This document shows, in pieces, positions 47,568 through 57,057 of a stretch of DNA of 64,000 nucleotides. The translations under genes and the position numbers were made by a program. Under the pieces are notes generated by a model, which worked only from the letters and a program-made list of their open reading frames with translations, did no database searches and had not been told where the DNA came from. This DNA is from Planctomycetia bacterium (lineage in GTDB: Bacteria > Planctomycetota > GCA-002687715): the NCBI GenBank assembly GCA_005790545.1, contig SXUL01000106.1:13975-77974 (forward strand), in the 5' to 3' direction. Numbering within the stretch: position 1 is the stretch's first letter; every line of letters begins with the position of its first letter.

Positions 47568-48647
47568 ATGGCGCAGGTCCCCCTCGCCGGACTGACGCTG
47601 GATGCAGCGCGCCACCATGGCAGCGCCGCAGGGCTCGATGCCTTCGGGTTGGAACTCGTGCCCCGCGCGTGGCGCCAGATCATGCGCGATGGTGCGGCGG
47701 GGCTGCATTTGCTGCAGGACATCAATCCGCGCAAGCGCGCGGCGCTCGCAGCCGTGTTCTCGCATCAGCTTCCGGAAATCGCTTCCACGCACGCGAGCTG
47801 GGACAAGAGCGTGCGCTATGCGCTGCGGCTCCCGGATGGTGCCATCGTTGAGGCGGTGCTCATCCCGCACCACGGCCTGTGGAGTGTGTGTCTCTCGTCG
47901 CAGGCAGGCTGCGCGCTCGCGTGCCAGTTCTGCGCCACTGGTCGCATGGGCTTGCAGCGCAATCTCCTCGCGCATGAGATCACGGGCCAGGTGCTCGCGA
48001 TCCAGCACCACGCGCGCGTGCGCGTGAGCGACCTCGTCTTCATGGGCATGGGCGAACCGCTCCAGAACGAACACGAAGTACTCGCGGCCTGCGCGGTGTT
48101 CGCCGAAAACGAAGGGATGCAAATCGGGCGCCGCCGCATGGTCATCAGCACGGCCGGCATCGTGCCCGCCATCGACCGCTTTGCCGCTGCGGGCCACAAG
48201 ATGAAGCTCGTCTTCAGTCTCGGCTCCGCGGTTCCTGAAAAGCGTGCGCAGCTCATGCCCATCCAGGAACTCTGGCCTTTCGAACGGCTCCTCGCATCCA
48301 TCCGCAACTATGCCGCGACACTGCGCGGGCGGTATGTGACCCTTGAGTACATCGCCATCCGGAACCTCACCCTCGGCGACGACGACATCGAGGCCATCAA
48401 GAAGCACCTCACGGGTTTCAAGTTCATCCTCAATATCATTCCGCTCAATCCGGTGGACCCTCTGCTGGAGGCGCCCACGCGCGAAGAGGTGCTGGCCTGG
48501 TCGAGCCGATTGCGGCCCCTCGGTTTTCCCGTGAAAATCCGACGCTCCTCCGGGCGTGACCAGTTCAGCGCCTGCGGACAGCTGGGGCGCACGCTGCTCT
48601 CAGCGACGGATCTGGCGGAGGCCCCGCGCATGGGCCGCGCGGTGTAG
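47568..48647 (+). CDS. rlmN: 23S rRNA (adenine2503-C2)-methyltransferase, radical SAM
   Basis: RlmN/Cfr family blocks: CLSSQAGCALACQFCATG (CX3CX2C), MGMGEPLQN, ISTAGIVP. Start at the ATG at 47568 (MAQVPLAG). Confidence 0.9.
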   Translation: MAQVPLAGLTLDAARHHGSAAGLDAFGLELVPRAWRQIMRDGAAGLHLLQDINPRKRAALAAVFSHQLPEIASTHASWDKSVRYALRLPDGAIVEAVLIPHHGLWSVCLSSQAGCALACQFCATGRMGLQRNLLAHEITGQVLAIQHHARVRVSDLVFMGMGEPLQNEHEVLAACAVFAENEGMQIGRRRMVISTAGIVPAIDRFAAAGHKMKLVFSLGSAVPEKRAQLMPIQELWPFERLLASIRNYAATLRGRYVTLEYIAIRNLTLGDDDIEAIKKHLTGFKFILNIIPLNPVDPLLEAPTREEVLAWSSRLRPLGFPVKIRRSSGRDQFSACGQLGRTLLSATDLAEAPRMGRAV

Positions 48648-48659
48648 TCTCTGCAGCGC

Positions 48660-49514
48660 ATGCCGCGCGAATGGCTGCCTCGGCAGCTCCTGCTCTTCGG
48701 TGATCTGCACGCCGAGCGCGAGACACCGCTCCTCGCGGACCTTCTCGGAATTCTCCCGGCGGAGGAAATCCACACTGCCAGTGAGAGCGTCGCCGACGCG
48801 CTGGGGCGCGCTCTCGAACACTGCACGACGCGTCACCGCGTGGTGATCAACTACACGAGCAACAGACGCGTGCTGCTTTCCTCCCGCGAGGCCAGCGATG
48901 GCACCGTGCAATTGCGCGCTCACCACGCCTTCCGCAGCGCACCCGACGAGATTGCGGACGCCGCGCTCCGCCTCTACCTCTTCGCTGCGGATCGCAACGA
49001 GCAGCGCCAGCTCGCACGCACCATCATGCGTTGGCACCGCAGAACCGCCGCGCCCCCGAAGAGCCAGGACAATGAAACGCTCACCCACGGGTTGCATCAC
49101 GATCTCCGCGCCACGCTGGAGCGGGTGAACCGCGAGCATTTCGAATCTGCCCTCACGCTCGACATCACCTTCGGAAACCGCGTGGCGCGCACGGTCATGG
49201 GCCGCCACGAGAAACGCGAGCCACGCTCGCTCATCCTCATCAACCCGGTACTCGACCACCCGTGGATTGCCGCGTGGTACCTCGATTTCCTGGTCTTCCA
49301 CGAATGCCTGCACGAAGTGATCCCGCCGCGTCTCGAAGGCTTGCGCGCGGAATTGCATCCCCATGATTTCCGTGCGCGCGAAGAAGCGCACCCGGATGCA
49401 GCGCGCGCCCGCGAATTCGAAGCGTGGGTGCTCGGCCCCGGCTGGCGCCGCCTCAGCGCCGCAGCGCGCGCGTGGCTTCGCAACAAGAGAAACGGCCCGC
49501 CGGGGAAACCCTGA
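48660..49514 (+). CDS. YgjP-like metal-dependent hydrolase (DUF45, HExxH)
   Basis: C-terminal FHECLHEV...H...E motif arrangement typical of the DUF45/WLM-like zinc hydrolase family. Confidence 0.5.
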   Translation: MPREWLPRQLLLFGDLHAERETPLLADLLGILPAEEIHTASESVADALGRALEHCTTRHRVVINYTSNRRVLLSSREASDGTVQLRAHHAFRSAPDEIADAALRLYLFAADRNEQRQLARTIMRWHRRTAAPPKSQDNETLTHGLHHDLRATLERVNREHFESALTLDITFGNRVARTVMGRHEKREPRSLILINPVLDHPWIAAWYLDFLVFHECLHEVIPPRLEGLRAELHPHDFRAREEAHPDAARAREFEAWVLGPGWRRLSAAARAWLRNKRNGPPGKP

Positions 49515-49804
49515 CGAGCCGCTTCTTCACTACGCCTGCGCTGGGTTCCCCGCCAATCGCAGAAGCAGCGAATGTTTTGTCTGCTGGAGCCCGCGAACGC
49601 GTTGCGGCACGCGCGGACATCCAGTCTCCTTCTTCAACACCACATGTCCCGTTTCTTGTCCTGCCGCGCTGGATTTTTCGGAATCGCTGCAAGAAGGTGG
49701 CGAATACGCACGCAGCGCTGCGATGAACCGGGCTCACTTCCGCCAGAGCGCCGACCGCTCACGGCTTGCCCGAGTGCCTTGTTGCGGCTGTGCGCAGGCC
49801 GCCG

Positions 49805-50182
49805 CTAGCGCCGCCACGACCAGAGGATCTCGTCCCCTGGCTTCACGACCCACTGCGCCGCAGGGACTTGAGGGAACACGCCACCAATGGACCACGCCCA
49901 CGATTGATCTTCCCGGGGGTCATTCTTCGTGGACCTCAGCAGCATCTTCGCGAAGAAGTCTCGGCGGCTCTCCGTGGGGCCGTGGCCACGCGGCCAGCGC
50001 AGGAGCCGCCGCGTCGCGTCCTCGACGGTTGCCCCCCGCGGCACGCTCATCCAGCGCGAACTCTCCGGCCATCCCCCACCGGACTCCGGCCAGAGCACCT
50101 GCACTCGCACGGTGATGGAATCCTCGTGGGCGCAGGATGCGAGGGCACAAGCAAAGAGTGCGGTGAGCAGAGCTGTGCGCAT
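49805..50182 (-). CDS. small lipoprotein (lipobox LASC)
   Basis: MRTALLTALFACALASC has a signal peptide with lipobox. 125 aa. Divergent from the M1 peptidase gene. Confidence 0.4.
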   Translation of the reverse strand: MRTALLTALFACALASCAHEDSITVRVQVLWPESGGGWPESSRWMSVPRGATVEDATRRLLRWPRGHGPTESRRDFFAKMLLRSTKNDPREDQSWAWSIGGVFPQVPAAQWVVKPGDEILWSWRR

Positions 50183-50233
50183 GGCGGGAGTCTAAAGGAG
50201 CGCTGCGCGCGAGCGGATAGTCTCTCGCCCGTC

Positions 50234-52174
50234 ATGAACGCACGCCTCACTCTTCTCGTTGCAGCCCTCGCCTTTCTCGTCTGCGCGCCGCTGGTCGCTC
50301 AACGGCGCGACCAAACCGGCGAAGGCGATGCGAACTGGTCCACGCTCTTCCAGGCCCCGGCCATGCGCACCCCGGATCGCATGCACACGGCGAGTGGACG
50401 GCCCGGCCCGGACTATTGGCAGCAAGTAGCGGACTACAAGATCAAGGCGCGCCTCGATCCGGTGGCCAACAAACTCAGCGCGGAACTCACCCTCACCTAC
50501 ACCAACAACTCCCCCGAAGAGCTGTCCTTCCTCTGGTTCCATCTCGAACAGAACATCTTCAAGCAGGACAGCGCGGCTAGGCAACTTGCACTGTCCGGGG
50601 GTGCCAACGGCGAGCGCATCGAGTCGGAAACCAACGGCGTCGAACTCGCCCATGTGAAATGTCGCGGTGAAGACATCGCCTTCACGGTGTACGACACGCT
50701 CATGCGCGTCGAACTCGCGAAGCCCGTGCGCGCGGATGGCGGCGAGGTCGAGATCGACATTCAGTGGTCCATGAGCCTGCCGGAGAAAGCGGCCCTCCGC
50801 ATGGGCCGCACGGAAACCAGCGACGGCCCCATCTTCGCCCTCGCTCAGTGGTTCCCTGCCGTCGCGAAGTTCGATGATGTCCATGGCTGGAACACCCTGC
50901 CCTATCTAGGTTCCGGCGAGTTCTACACCGACTTCGGTGACTATGAGGTGGAGATCACGGTGCCGGCGAATCACATCGTGGCCTCGACCGGCACACTCAT
51001 GAACCCACGCAGCGTGCTCACGAACGCCCAGCGCGAGGCCCTCGCGAAGGCTCGTGAATCGCGCGAAACCGTGATCGTGCGCTCGGCGGATGAGGTGGCT
51101 CTCGGCAAGGGGCGCCCCGAGAGCGCCGATCCAATCACCTGGGAGTTCAGCGCCCGCAACGTGCGCACCTTCGCCTTCACTTCATCGCCGTCCTTCGTCT
51201 GGGATGCCTCCACCACGAATGCCGGCGTGCTCTGTCAGTCCTTCTATCCGCGCTCAGCCTTGCCGCTCTGGGAGGAAGGCACGAAGGACCTCCGCGAATC
51301 CATCGAGCACTTCTCGCGCATGTGGTTCCCGTACCCATGGCCGGTTGCGAACAACACCAACGCCTTCGGTGAGGGTGGCGGCGGCATGGAATACCCGATG
51401 ATCATCTTCAACGGGCGCTGCGATTCGAGCTACGACTTGTTCGCGCTGGTCGCCCACGAGATCGGGCACAACTGGTTCCCCATGGTGGTGAACACCGATG
51501 AACGCCGCCATGTGTGGATGGACGAGGGCTTCAACACCTTTGTCGATTACTACGCCATCGTGGAGCGCTTCGGTTCTGGCGGCAGCTGGTTCGATCGCAA
51601 GGACTGGGTCTCCGCGTGGTCGCGCAACACCCACCCCATGTCCACGCCACCCGATCGCATGCCCGCAGGAACCGTTGGTTTCCTCGGCTACGACAAACCA
51701 GCCTGGATGATGCGCACGCTCCGCGAAGATGTTCTCGGTGCCGAGCGCTTCGATCGCGCCTTCCGCGACTACATTGCGGCTTGGGCCATGAGGTCGCCCA
51801 CACCGGATGACTTCATGCGCTGCATGGAGAACGGTGCCGGCATGGATCTCGGCTGGTTCTGGCAGAGCTGGATCTTCGGCGCCGCCAAGCCGGATGTGGC
51901 GCTCGTGAGCCTCAGCATCGACGAAGGAACTGTTGATGCCGAGATCTCCCATCGCACGCGCTTCGTGCATCCAGTGCCTTGGCGCGCCGCATTGAAGGAT
52001 GGTTCCCGCCGCGAAGGTGTGATTCCCGTGGAGGCCTTCGCGACTCGGCGCTTGGTCCGCTTCAGTTGCGAGGTGCCCGCGGGTTCCCTCCTGAACTTCA
52101 CCCTCGACCCCGAGGCCCGCTGGCCCGATATGGACCGCAAGAACAACTCACAGGCACCGCACCCTGCGAAGTAA
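50234..52174 (+). CDS. M1-family zinc metallopeptidase (HExxH-X18-E), secreted
   Basis: Signal peptide MNARLTLLVAALAFLVCAPLVAQ. HEIGHNWF...WMDEGF gives HEXXH then E after 18 residues, the gluzincin M1 signature. Confidence 0.75.
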   Translation: MNARLTLLVAALAFLVCAPLVAQRRDQTGEGDANWSTLFQAPAMRTPDRMHTASGRPGPDYWQQVADYKIKARLDPVANKLSAELTLTYTNNSPEELSFLWFHLEQNIFKQDSAARQLALSGGANGERIESETNGVELAHVKCRGEDIAFTVYDTLMRVELAKPVRADGGEVEIDIQWSMSLPEKAALRMGRTETSDGPIFALAQWFPAVAKFDDVHGWNTLPYLGSGEFYTDFGDYEVEITVPANHIVASTGTLMNPRSVLTNAQREALAKARESRETVIVRSADEVALGKGRPESADPITWEFSARNVRTFAFTSSPSFVWDASTTNAGVLCQSFYPRSALPLWEEGTKDLRESIEHFSRMWFPYPWPVANNTNAFGEGGGGMEYPMIIFNGRCDSSYDLFALVAHEIGHNWFPMVVNTDERRHVWMDEGFNTFVDYYAIVERFGSGGSWFDRKDWVSAWSRNTHPMSTPPDRMPAGTVGFLGYDKPAWMMRTLREDVLGAERFDRAFRDYIAAWAMRSPTPDDFMRCMENGAGMDLGWFWQSWIFGAAKPDVALVSLSIDEGTVDAEISHRTRFVHPVPWRAALKDGSRREGVIPVEAFATRRLVRFSCEVPAGSLLNFTLDPEARWPDMDRKNNSQAPHPAK

Positions 52175-52258
52175 CCGCAGCGCGTCGGGGCATGTCGAAC
52201 TGACGCACCCGACCCTGCATGAAACAGCAGAGTCGTGCGCCTCAGTCGAGGAGACCGT

Positions 52259-53962
52259 TCACCAGACGATCACCGTGCGTGCGGGCGTGAGGGCGAGGTT
52301 CAGGCCACCAAGAGTCGGCGCCAGTGGGTCCAGGACCGCAGCCTGCGCATGAAAGGTGGCCCCTTGGAATACCGGATTATTGGGGATCGGCAACGGCCAG
52401 ACAACATTGCCGAATATGTCGGTCCCGCCCGATAGATACACGACAGGTGCCGCAAGATCCAAATACACTCCGCACGCGTTCAACGGGCTCGTGCTCAACC
52501 CTGTGGCGATGGCCAGCACAGCAAGAGCGTTGCCGGGAGCACCGAAAACGGCGGCGTTGAAGTTCAGATTGCCGACCTGCGCGTTGGAGGGCCACAGGCC
52601 CGGAGGTGTCGGGCTGCTCCCTGAGCAACCGACTCCATTCAGCGCCTGATTTCTGAAGTAATAGCCGGGACAGTAATACGGCACGCACATCAGGTCCGGG
52701 TCGCTGTCACCGTCGAAGTCGCCGATGACACTCGTCGGGCAAGCCGCAGGGAATGGGCAAGGTGTATGCGATGTGTTCATGCCCGTTTGGTGAAACTGCC
52801 CTCCGGGAAGCCCGAGAGCCATGGTTACGGCAAAATTGCACACGGACGTCGTAAAGAACGGCTCGCGGGCCGGCGCGCGGAGCAAGTCACCCCAACCGTC
52901 GCGATTGAAGTCCGCGGCAAAGGTGGCCACAAAGAGCACGCCTGCAGGCGGCGTCGTGAAAGTCCCTGCAGGAGTCAAAGAGCGCGTGGTGCTGCCGAGA
53001 TGCACCTGCAGAAGCTCGGTGGCGGCACCACCGACGGTCGCGGGTACGCTGCTGACCAGATCCGTGATGCCATCTCCGTTCATGTCGGCGGCACCCACAA
53101 GGCCTGCGGCCATAAATCCCGGGAACACGGGGAATCCCGTAATCGAAGAACCGCTCGGCGCAGTGAATTGCCCGCCACCATTGCCCCAGAGGACGTTCGT
53201 AATCCAGGACGCTCCCACTGAAAAATCCGAGTGCTGGATGGCAAGATCTGTATTGCCGTCACCATCGAAATCTCCCACACGCGGGGCACCACCTATCCCA
53301 TTCACACTCACTCCGCCCCACGCCCACACTTGCACTTGCCATGCCAAGTTCCAGTTCGGGAACTGATTGAGGTAGCAGGATAGAGTTGGCGCATTACCCC
53401 CGCTGCTGGAGTACGCAAGCACATCCGGAAGGCCATCGTTATTGACATCGGCCATGGCAAACCATTGCATGATGACCGCGAGCGTACTCATGCTGATACT
53501 GACTGTGCTCGCTGGAACAAGTGTGCCATTTCCGTTGCCGATACTGAATAATATCATGGACATCGGGTTGCTGGATATGCCAGTACCGTACAAACCATAG
53601 GCCAGATCCTGCAATCCGTCGCCGTTGACATCGGCTGCAATGACGCGTAATGTACCCGCCCCGACCCCCGGCGGATAATAATAGGCATGCGGTATGTACG
53701 GGCCAACGCCGCTGACCGCAGGATCGAGGTCGACTTGGAATAATACCGATCCTGCAACCACATGAATCAAGTCCGCGTAACCGTTTTGGTTGAGATCGGC
53801 CGCCACTGGGAAGTCGCCCGGCCCCGCTCCGGGTGGTGCCATAGGCACATTGAACGCTTCGGTGAGGTATTGCCCCGGCAGGACGCTCACTACCGCCAGC
53901 AACATGAGGGCAACCAACAAGCAGTTCCAAGTGGCCGCGTGCGCGTGTTTGAGGTGGCTCAT
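52259..53962 (-). CDS. FG-GAP repeat (integrin-alpha-like beta-propeller) secreted protein
   Basis: Signal peptide after the MSHLKH start (GAGGAG SD). At least six Dx[DN]xDGxxD calcium-loop repeats (DFDGDGNTDL, DMNGDGITDL, DVNGDGLQDL, ...). Lower GC than flanks. Confidence 0.75.
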   Translation of the reverse strand: MSHLKHAHAATWNCLLVALMLLAVVSVLPGQYLTEAFNVPMAPPGAGPGDFPVAADLNQNGYADLIHVVAGSVLFQVDLDPAVSGVGPYIPHAYYYPPGVGAGTLRVIAADVNGDGLQDLAYGLYGTGISSNPMSMILFSIGNGNGTLVPASTVSISMSTLAVIMQWFAMADVNNDGLPDVLAYSSSGGNAPTLSCYLNQFPNWNLAWQVQVWAWGGVSVNGIGGAPRVGDFDGDGNTDLAIQHSDFSVGASWITNVLWGNGGGQFTAPSGSSITGFPVFPGFMAAGLVGAADMNGDGITDLVSSVPATVGGAATELLQVHLGSTTRSLTPAGTFTTPPAGVLFVATFAADFNRDGWGDLLRAPAREPFFTTSVCNFAVTMALGLPGGQFHQTGMNTSHTPCPFPAACPTSVIGDFDGDSDPDLMCVPYYCPGYYFRNQALNGVGCSGSSPTPPGLWPSNAQVGNLNFNAAVFGAPGNALAVLAIATGLSTSPLNACGVYLDLAAPVVYLSGGTDIFGNVVWPLPIPNNPVFQGATFHAQAAVLDPLAPTLGGLNLALTPARTVIVW

Positions 53963-53972
53963 GTCATGCTCC

Positions 53973-56384
53973 TCAGTACCGGACCTGATTTTCGCCAACG
54001 ACACTCTTGATCGCAGGATTGGCAGGATCAGGGACTTCCAGGGCGAGCACTGTTACGGTTGCCGGCAGCGGCATGGTGGCAGGGATTGCCACGCTGTAGA
54101 CACTCACATTCATGGTGCCTCCTCCGGGGCCAGGGGCAGCTGTCGAAGAGACGAAACTCGTACGAATCTGGGTGCCATTCCATGTGCAAGTCAGCGCTTG
54201 CAGCGGAAATGGGTTGCTGCTTCCCGGGATCCCGGTACCAGCCGCTGCCCGATTGTGACTGACCGTGATCGTCAGGCTGCCGCCCAGCGGAACGGAATTC
54301 CGTGGCGACACCGCAACAAGTGGGCGGCTCACTGGCACAAACTGCGGCCCACTCACACTCAAATTGATCGCATCGGTCAGGCGTATGATGGTGCCGGGTG
54401 CCATGCGCATGCTGCTCACAGGCAACACCGGCGGAGTTGCCAGATTGGTATTCCAGAATCCGGCATATGTGACTTGGGTCGTGAAGGGTAATGGCGGCTG
54501 GTTGAGTACATTGAGTGTGAACTCGTACCACCATTCACCAAACGCGGCAGTCGGAATACCGGTTGTGATTCCGAACCCCAATCGGCCAAGGGGCTCTATG
54601 CACAGTGCGAAGTTCGCGGGACTGGACGCAGGAACCCCATCTATGCGGAACTCTCCCGTCGAGACTGCACCGGCACTCGTGTCGACAACACCTGTCACGC
54701 TTTGCGGCCCGGATCGATGTGTCCCACTGACGGTGCCAACCAACGGAACGCCTGGCACAGGAGGAGTCAACGACACAAGGCTGTCATCCCAAATGACAAA
54801 TACATTGTAACCGAATGAGTTCAGCGGGTGTGCCACGGCACCGACAATGCTGGCTGTTTCGTTGATCAAGAAGTTCCTTGAGCCTGTCATGGCACTGACA
54901 GGGTACAGAGTGGCGAACGCCGCAATGTCGTCGGGTAGCCACGGACTCAGAACGCGATTACGTGCCGGGATTGCAGGCGTGAGCTGGACAGCCGGAGTTG
55001 ACAATGTGGTCGTGAACGCCGCTGTCATGGCCGGCACTTCATTGAAGCTTGGATACCACCCCATGGATAATAAAATGAAAGGCGCAGCTGTCGGGTTCAG
55101 AACCGGGCCACCTGGGTGCAAATTGGTGTGGTCGAGTCCCCAGAAGTGACCAATCTCGTGTGCAAGCCCGCTGCTGGTTTGGGTCACGAGTCCGTTCCAT
55201 GTGGTGGGGCCAGCTGCTGCCTCAAAAATGGTGTCGCACTCCGAGATGATCCCGGTTTGGGGATCCACCATCATGCTGCTCAGCCCACCCACTGCTCCTC
55301 CCAGCATCCCTCCTGCTGTGGGCAAGAAAATGAACTCATTCAAGCCATTGCCCGTTGGTCCACCACAAGCCAGTGACCAAATGAATTGCCCACTAGCGGC
55401 GACAACACCTCCCGCCGGAGCAATGTACGTTGGGGTGGGGTCTTGCGTTGAATACGGATTCGGAGGATAGCCGATGCACACTGTGCTTGGGACATTGGCC
55501 AATTGCAGGATGCTGACGCCGCTCATGATCGCAACGATGTCGTTTGTGAACATTGCCCACGTGTAGGGTGCCCCCAATGCGCCAACAAAAATGTCCGTCC
55601 CAGCTGCAACGCCCGGTGGCGTATTGACGATGTAGGGGACCTGCACGCCTGCGGGCCAATGCCGTGTTACGAGCGAGTATGTTCCGGTTGGGTCAGGATT
55701 GTTGGGGTTCGGTGTACCATCCGCTGCATATGGACTTTGCGCGTACGGCGCCGCGGCGCTGCAGGGAAGGCCTCCCGCACCGGGTGCTCCGCTAGCACTG
55801 GGCGCTGCCATCACATACCAGAGCACATAGGGGTCGTCGCCGTCGCTCGCGGCGCCTGCGCAAAGTTGTTTTTCCGAGTGGCCGCCGCAAGGCTCTACGA
55901 TGTGAGCGAGGCCGGATGGAAGCATGGTGACCGACGCGCCTCGAGAAGTGCGCAGGTGCCTGCCTGCATGAGCCTCAAGGCAACGCAATGCGTGCGAGTT
56001 CGGATCCATGGTGGTCCTGCAGGGAGTGAGAGCGCGAGTACCCGGCGGAAGAAGGATGCGAGCAGCCTCTGGAGACACCGGGGCATCATGGCACACTGGC
56101 GCTGCTGCGTATTCTCCAAAGAACCACCCGTACGACATGATTGTGGCCGCCAGAGCGAGCAGCGTCAGCGCATGCGCGCTGCCGCTATCCGTGAGTCCGT
56201 GAGTCCGTGAGTCCGTGAGTCCATACTTGCCTCCGCTTGCTCTTTGGTGCTTGGTACCGATTTGTATCCTCGCGACGACGTTTGCGCGCGGTGCTGATTT
56301 GCTACAGCAAGGGATGTGCCACAGCGGAATGGCCAGCGCATCGGCTCCGGGGCTGCATTGACGATTCGGCGCAAGCCGCTGCAC
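53973..56384 (-). CDS. matrixin-like (metzincin HExxHxxGxxH) zinc metalloprotease with large N- and C-terminal extensions. Translation start ambiguous; 5' region contains an 8-bp tandem repeat that frameshifts the best start codon.
   Basis: HEIGHFWGLDHT plus downstream DDIAAFATLYP (matrixin C-terminal signature). The ORF frame is open up to 56384. The only SD-preceded ATG (56224) is out of frame by the repeat count. 10-bp gap to the FG-GAP gene. Confidence 0.7.
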   Translation of the reverse strand: MQRLAPNRQCSPGADALAIPLWHIPCCSKSAPRANVVARIQIGTKHQRASGGKYGLTDSRTHGLTDSGSAHALTLLALAATIMSYGWFFGEYAAAPVCHDAPVSPEAARILLPPGTRALTPCRTTMDPNSHALRCLEAHAGRHLRTSRGASVTMLPSGLAHIVEPCGGHSEKQLCAGAASDGDDPYVLWYVMAAPSASGAPGAGGLPCSAAAPYAQSPYAADGTPNPNNPDPTGTYSLVTRHWPAGVQVPYIVNTPPGVAAGTDIFVGALGAPYTWAMFTNDIVAIMSGVSILQLANVPSTVCIGYPPNPYSTQDPTPTYIAPAGGVVAASGQFIWSLACGGPTGNGLNEFIFLPTAGGMLGGAVGGLSSMMVDPQTGIISECDTIFEAAAGPTTWNGLVTQTSSGLAHEIGHFWGLDHTNLHPGGPVLNPTAAPFILLSMGWYPSFNEVPAMTAAFTTTLSTPAVQLTPAIPARNRVLSPWLPDDIAAFATLYPVSAMTGSRNFLINETASIVGAVAHPLNSFGYNVFVIWDDSLVSLTPPVPGVPLVGTVSGTHRSGPQSVTGVVDTSAGAVSTGEFRIDGVPASSPANFALCIEPLGRLGFGITTGIPTAAFGEWWYEFTLNVLNQPPLPFTTQVTYAGFWNTNLATPPVLPVSSMRMAPGTIIRLTDAINLSVSGPQFVPVSRPLVAVSPRNSVPLGGSLTITVSHNRAAAGTGIPGSSNPFPLQALTCTWNGTQIRTSFVSSTAAPGPGGGTMNVSVYSVAIPATMPLPATVTVLALEVPDPANPAIKSVVGENQVRY
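56191..56222. repeat. tandem octanucleotide repeat (gtgagtcc)x4 (GGACTCAC on the coding strand)
   Basis: Read directly: atcc gtgagtcc gtgagtcc gtgagtcc gtgagtcc atac. Confidence 0.9.
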
Positions 56385-56650
56385 GCCAAGGACTAGTGGC
56401 CGTGTTCGTCAACACGCACCGCGCATCGGCCACCGCGCGAGCCGCTTGCAGCTTTGTTTCCGCATCGCACACTGTGTTCCCCTGCCGACACATGGCCTGC
56501 ATAGCGCAACACACACTGCGTCGCCCATTGGCCCGGCTTCGGTCCGCAGAACAGAGGCACCTTGGAGGCATCTTTCGGCGTGCTTTGGCTCTTTGGCGCC
56601 AAGACAGTGCGCCAACGCCAGCGGCTCTGGAGCAGCCGTAATAATCTGGA

Positions 56651-56723
56651 TGGGCGCTGAGGGATTCGAACCCCCGACCCCCTCGGTGTAAGCGAGGTGC
56701 TCTAGCCGCTGAGCCAAGCGCCC
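56651..56723 (-). tRNA. tRNA-Val (anticodon TAC)
   Basis: Minus-strand GGGCGCTTGGCTCAGCGGCTAGAGCACCTCGCTTACACCGAGGGGGTCGGGGGTTCGAATCCCTCAGCGCCCA folds as a cloverleaf. Anticodon loop is CTTACAC. Confidence 0.85.
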
Positions 56724-56878
56724 GGCTGCGAGGAGGATAGCGCGCGGAACGGACCGACGTCTGTCGCGCGCCCGAGGGCATGACCTCGAATCAAGGCTCC
56801 CTCGCCGGGCGCAATCACGCAGAGCAAGGGCGAAGTTCCCCGAGAGATCGCGGCGCGACGGATCTGAAGGATGCGTCA

Positions 56879-56898
56879 CCGCCTACGCGCGTAGGCGG
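56879..56898. promoter_or_regulatory. perfect 20-bp palindrome ccgcctacgcgcgtaggcgg flanked by tcacc direct repeats, in the nar upstream region
   Basis: Read directly. Lies ~160 bp upstream of the narC-like start and 5' of tRNA-Val. Confidence 0.25.
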
Positions 56899-57057
56899 CT
56901 CACCAGAAGCTCACCACATTCAGGCCTGAACCGCGAGGCACACCGGACGCCACAACTTCTTGGCCGGATTGAGCTTCAAACAACAGCTGCAACATGATGC
57001 CTGTTGCGCACGATCAAGCGGCACGCCAGTTGATGAGTGCGGAGTGGAAACCCGCAC

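Noticed and set aside
52175-52258. A direct repeat of the tRNA-Val 3' end marking the distal island boundary.
   Set aside because: No convincing match to GGTTCGAATCCCTCAGCGCCCA was found by eye in the 52.1-52.3 kb region. Left as a check rather than a claim.
56165-56389. The 74-aa ORF on the minus strand spanning the octanucleotide repeat, as an independent gene.
   Set aside because: More parsimoniously it is the frameshifted 5' leader of the matrixin-like protease gene (its SD+ATG lies at 56224). The segment upstream of that ATG has no support as coding.
56879-57057. A canonical FNR/CRP-type box (TTGAT-N4-ATCAA) upstream of the nar operon.
   Set aside because: Only partial or mis-spaced half-sites (ttgagcttcaa; atcaag...gttgatg with 12-nt spacing) were found by eye. 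Not convincing without a matrix search.
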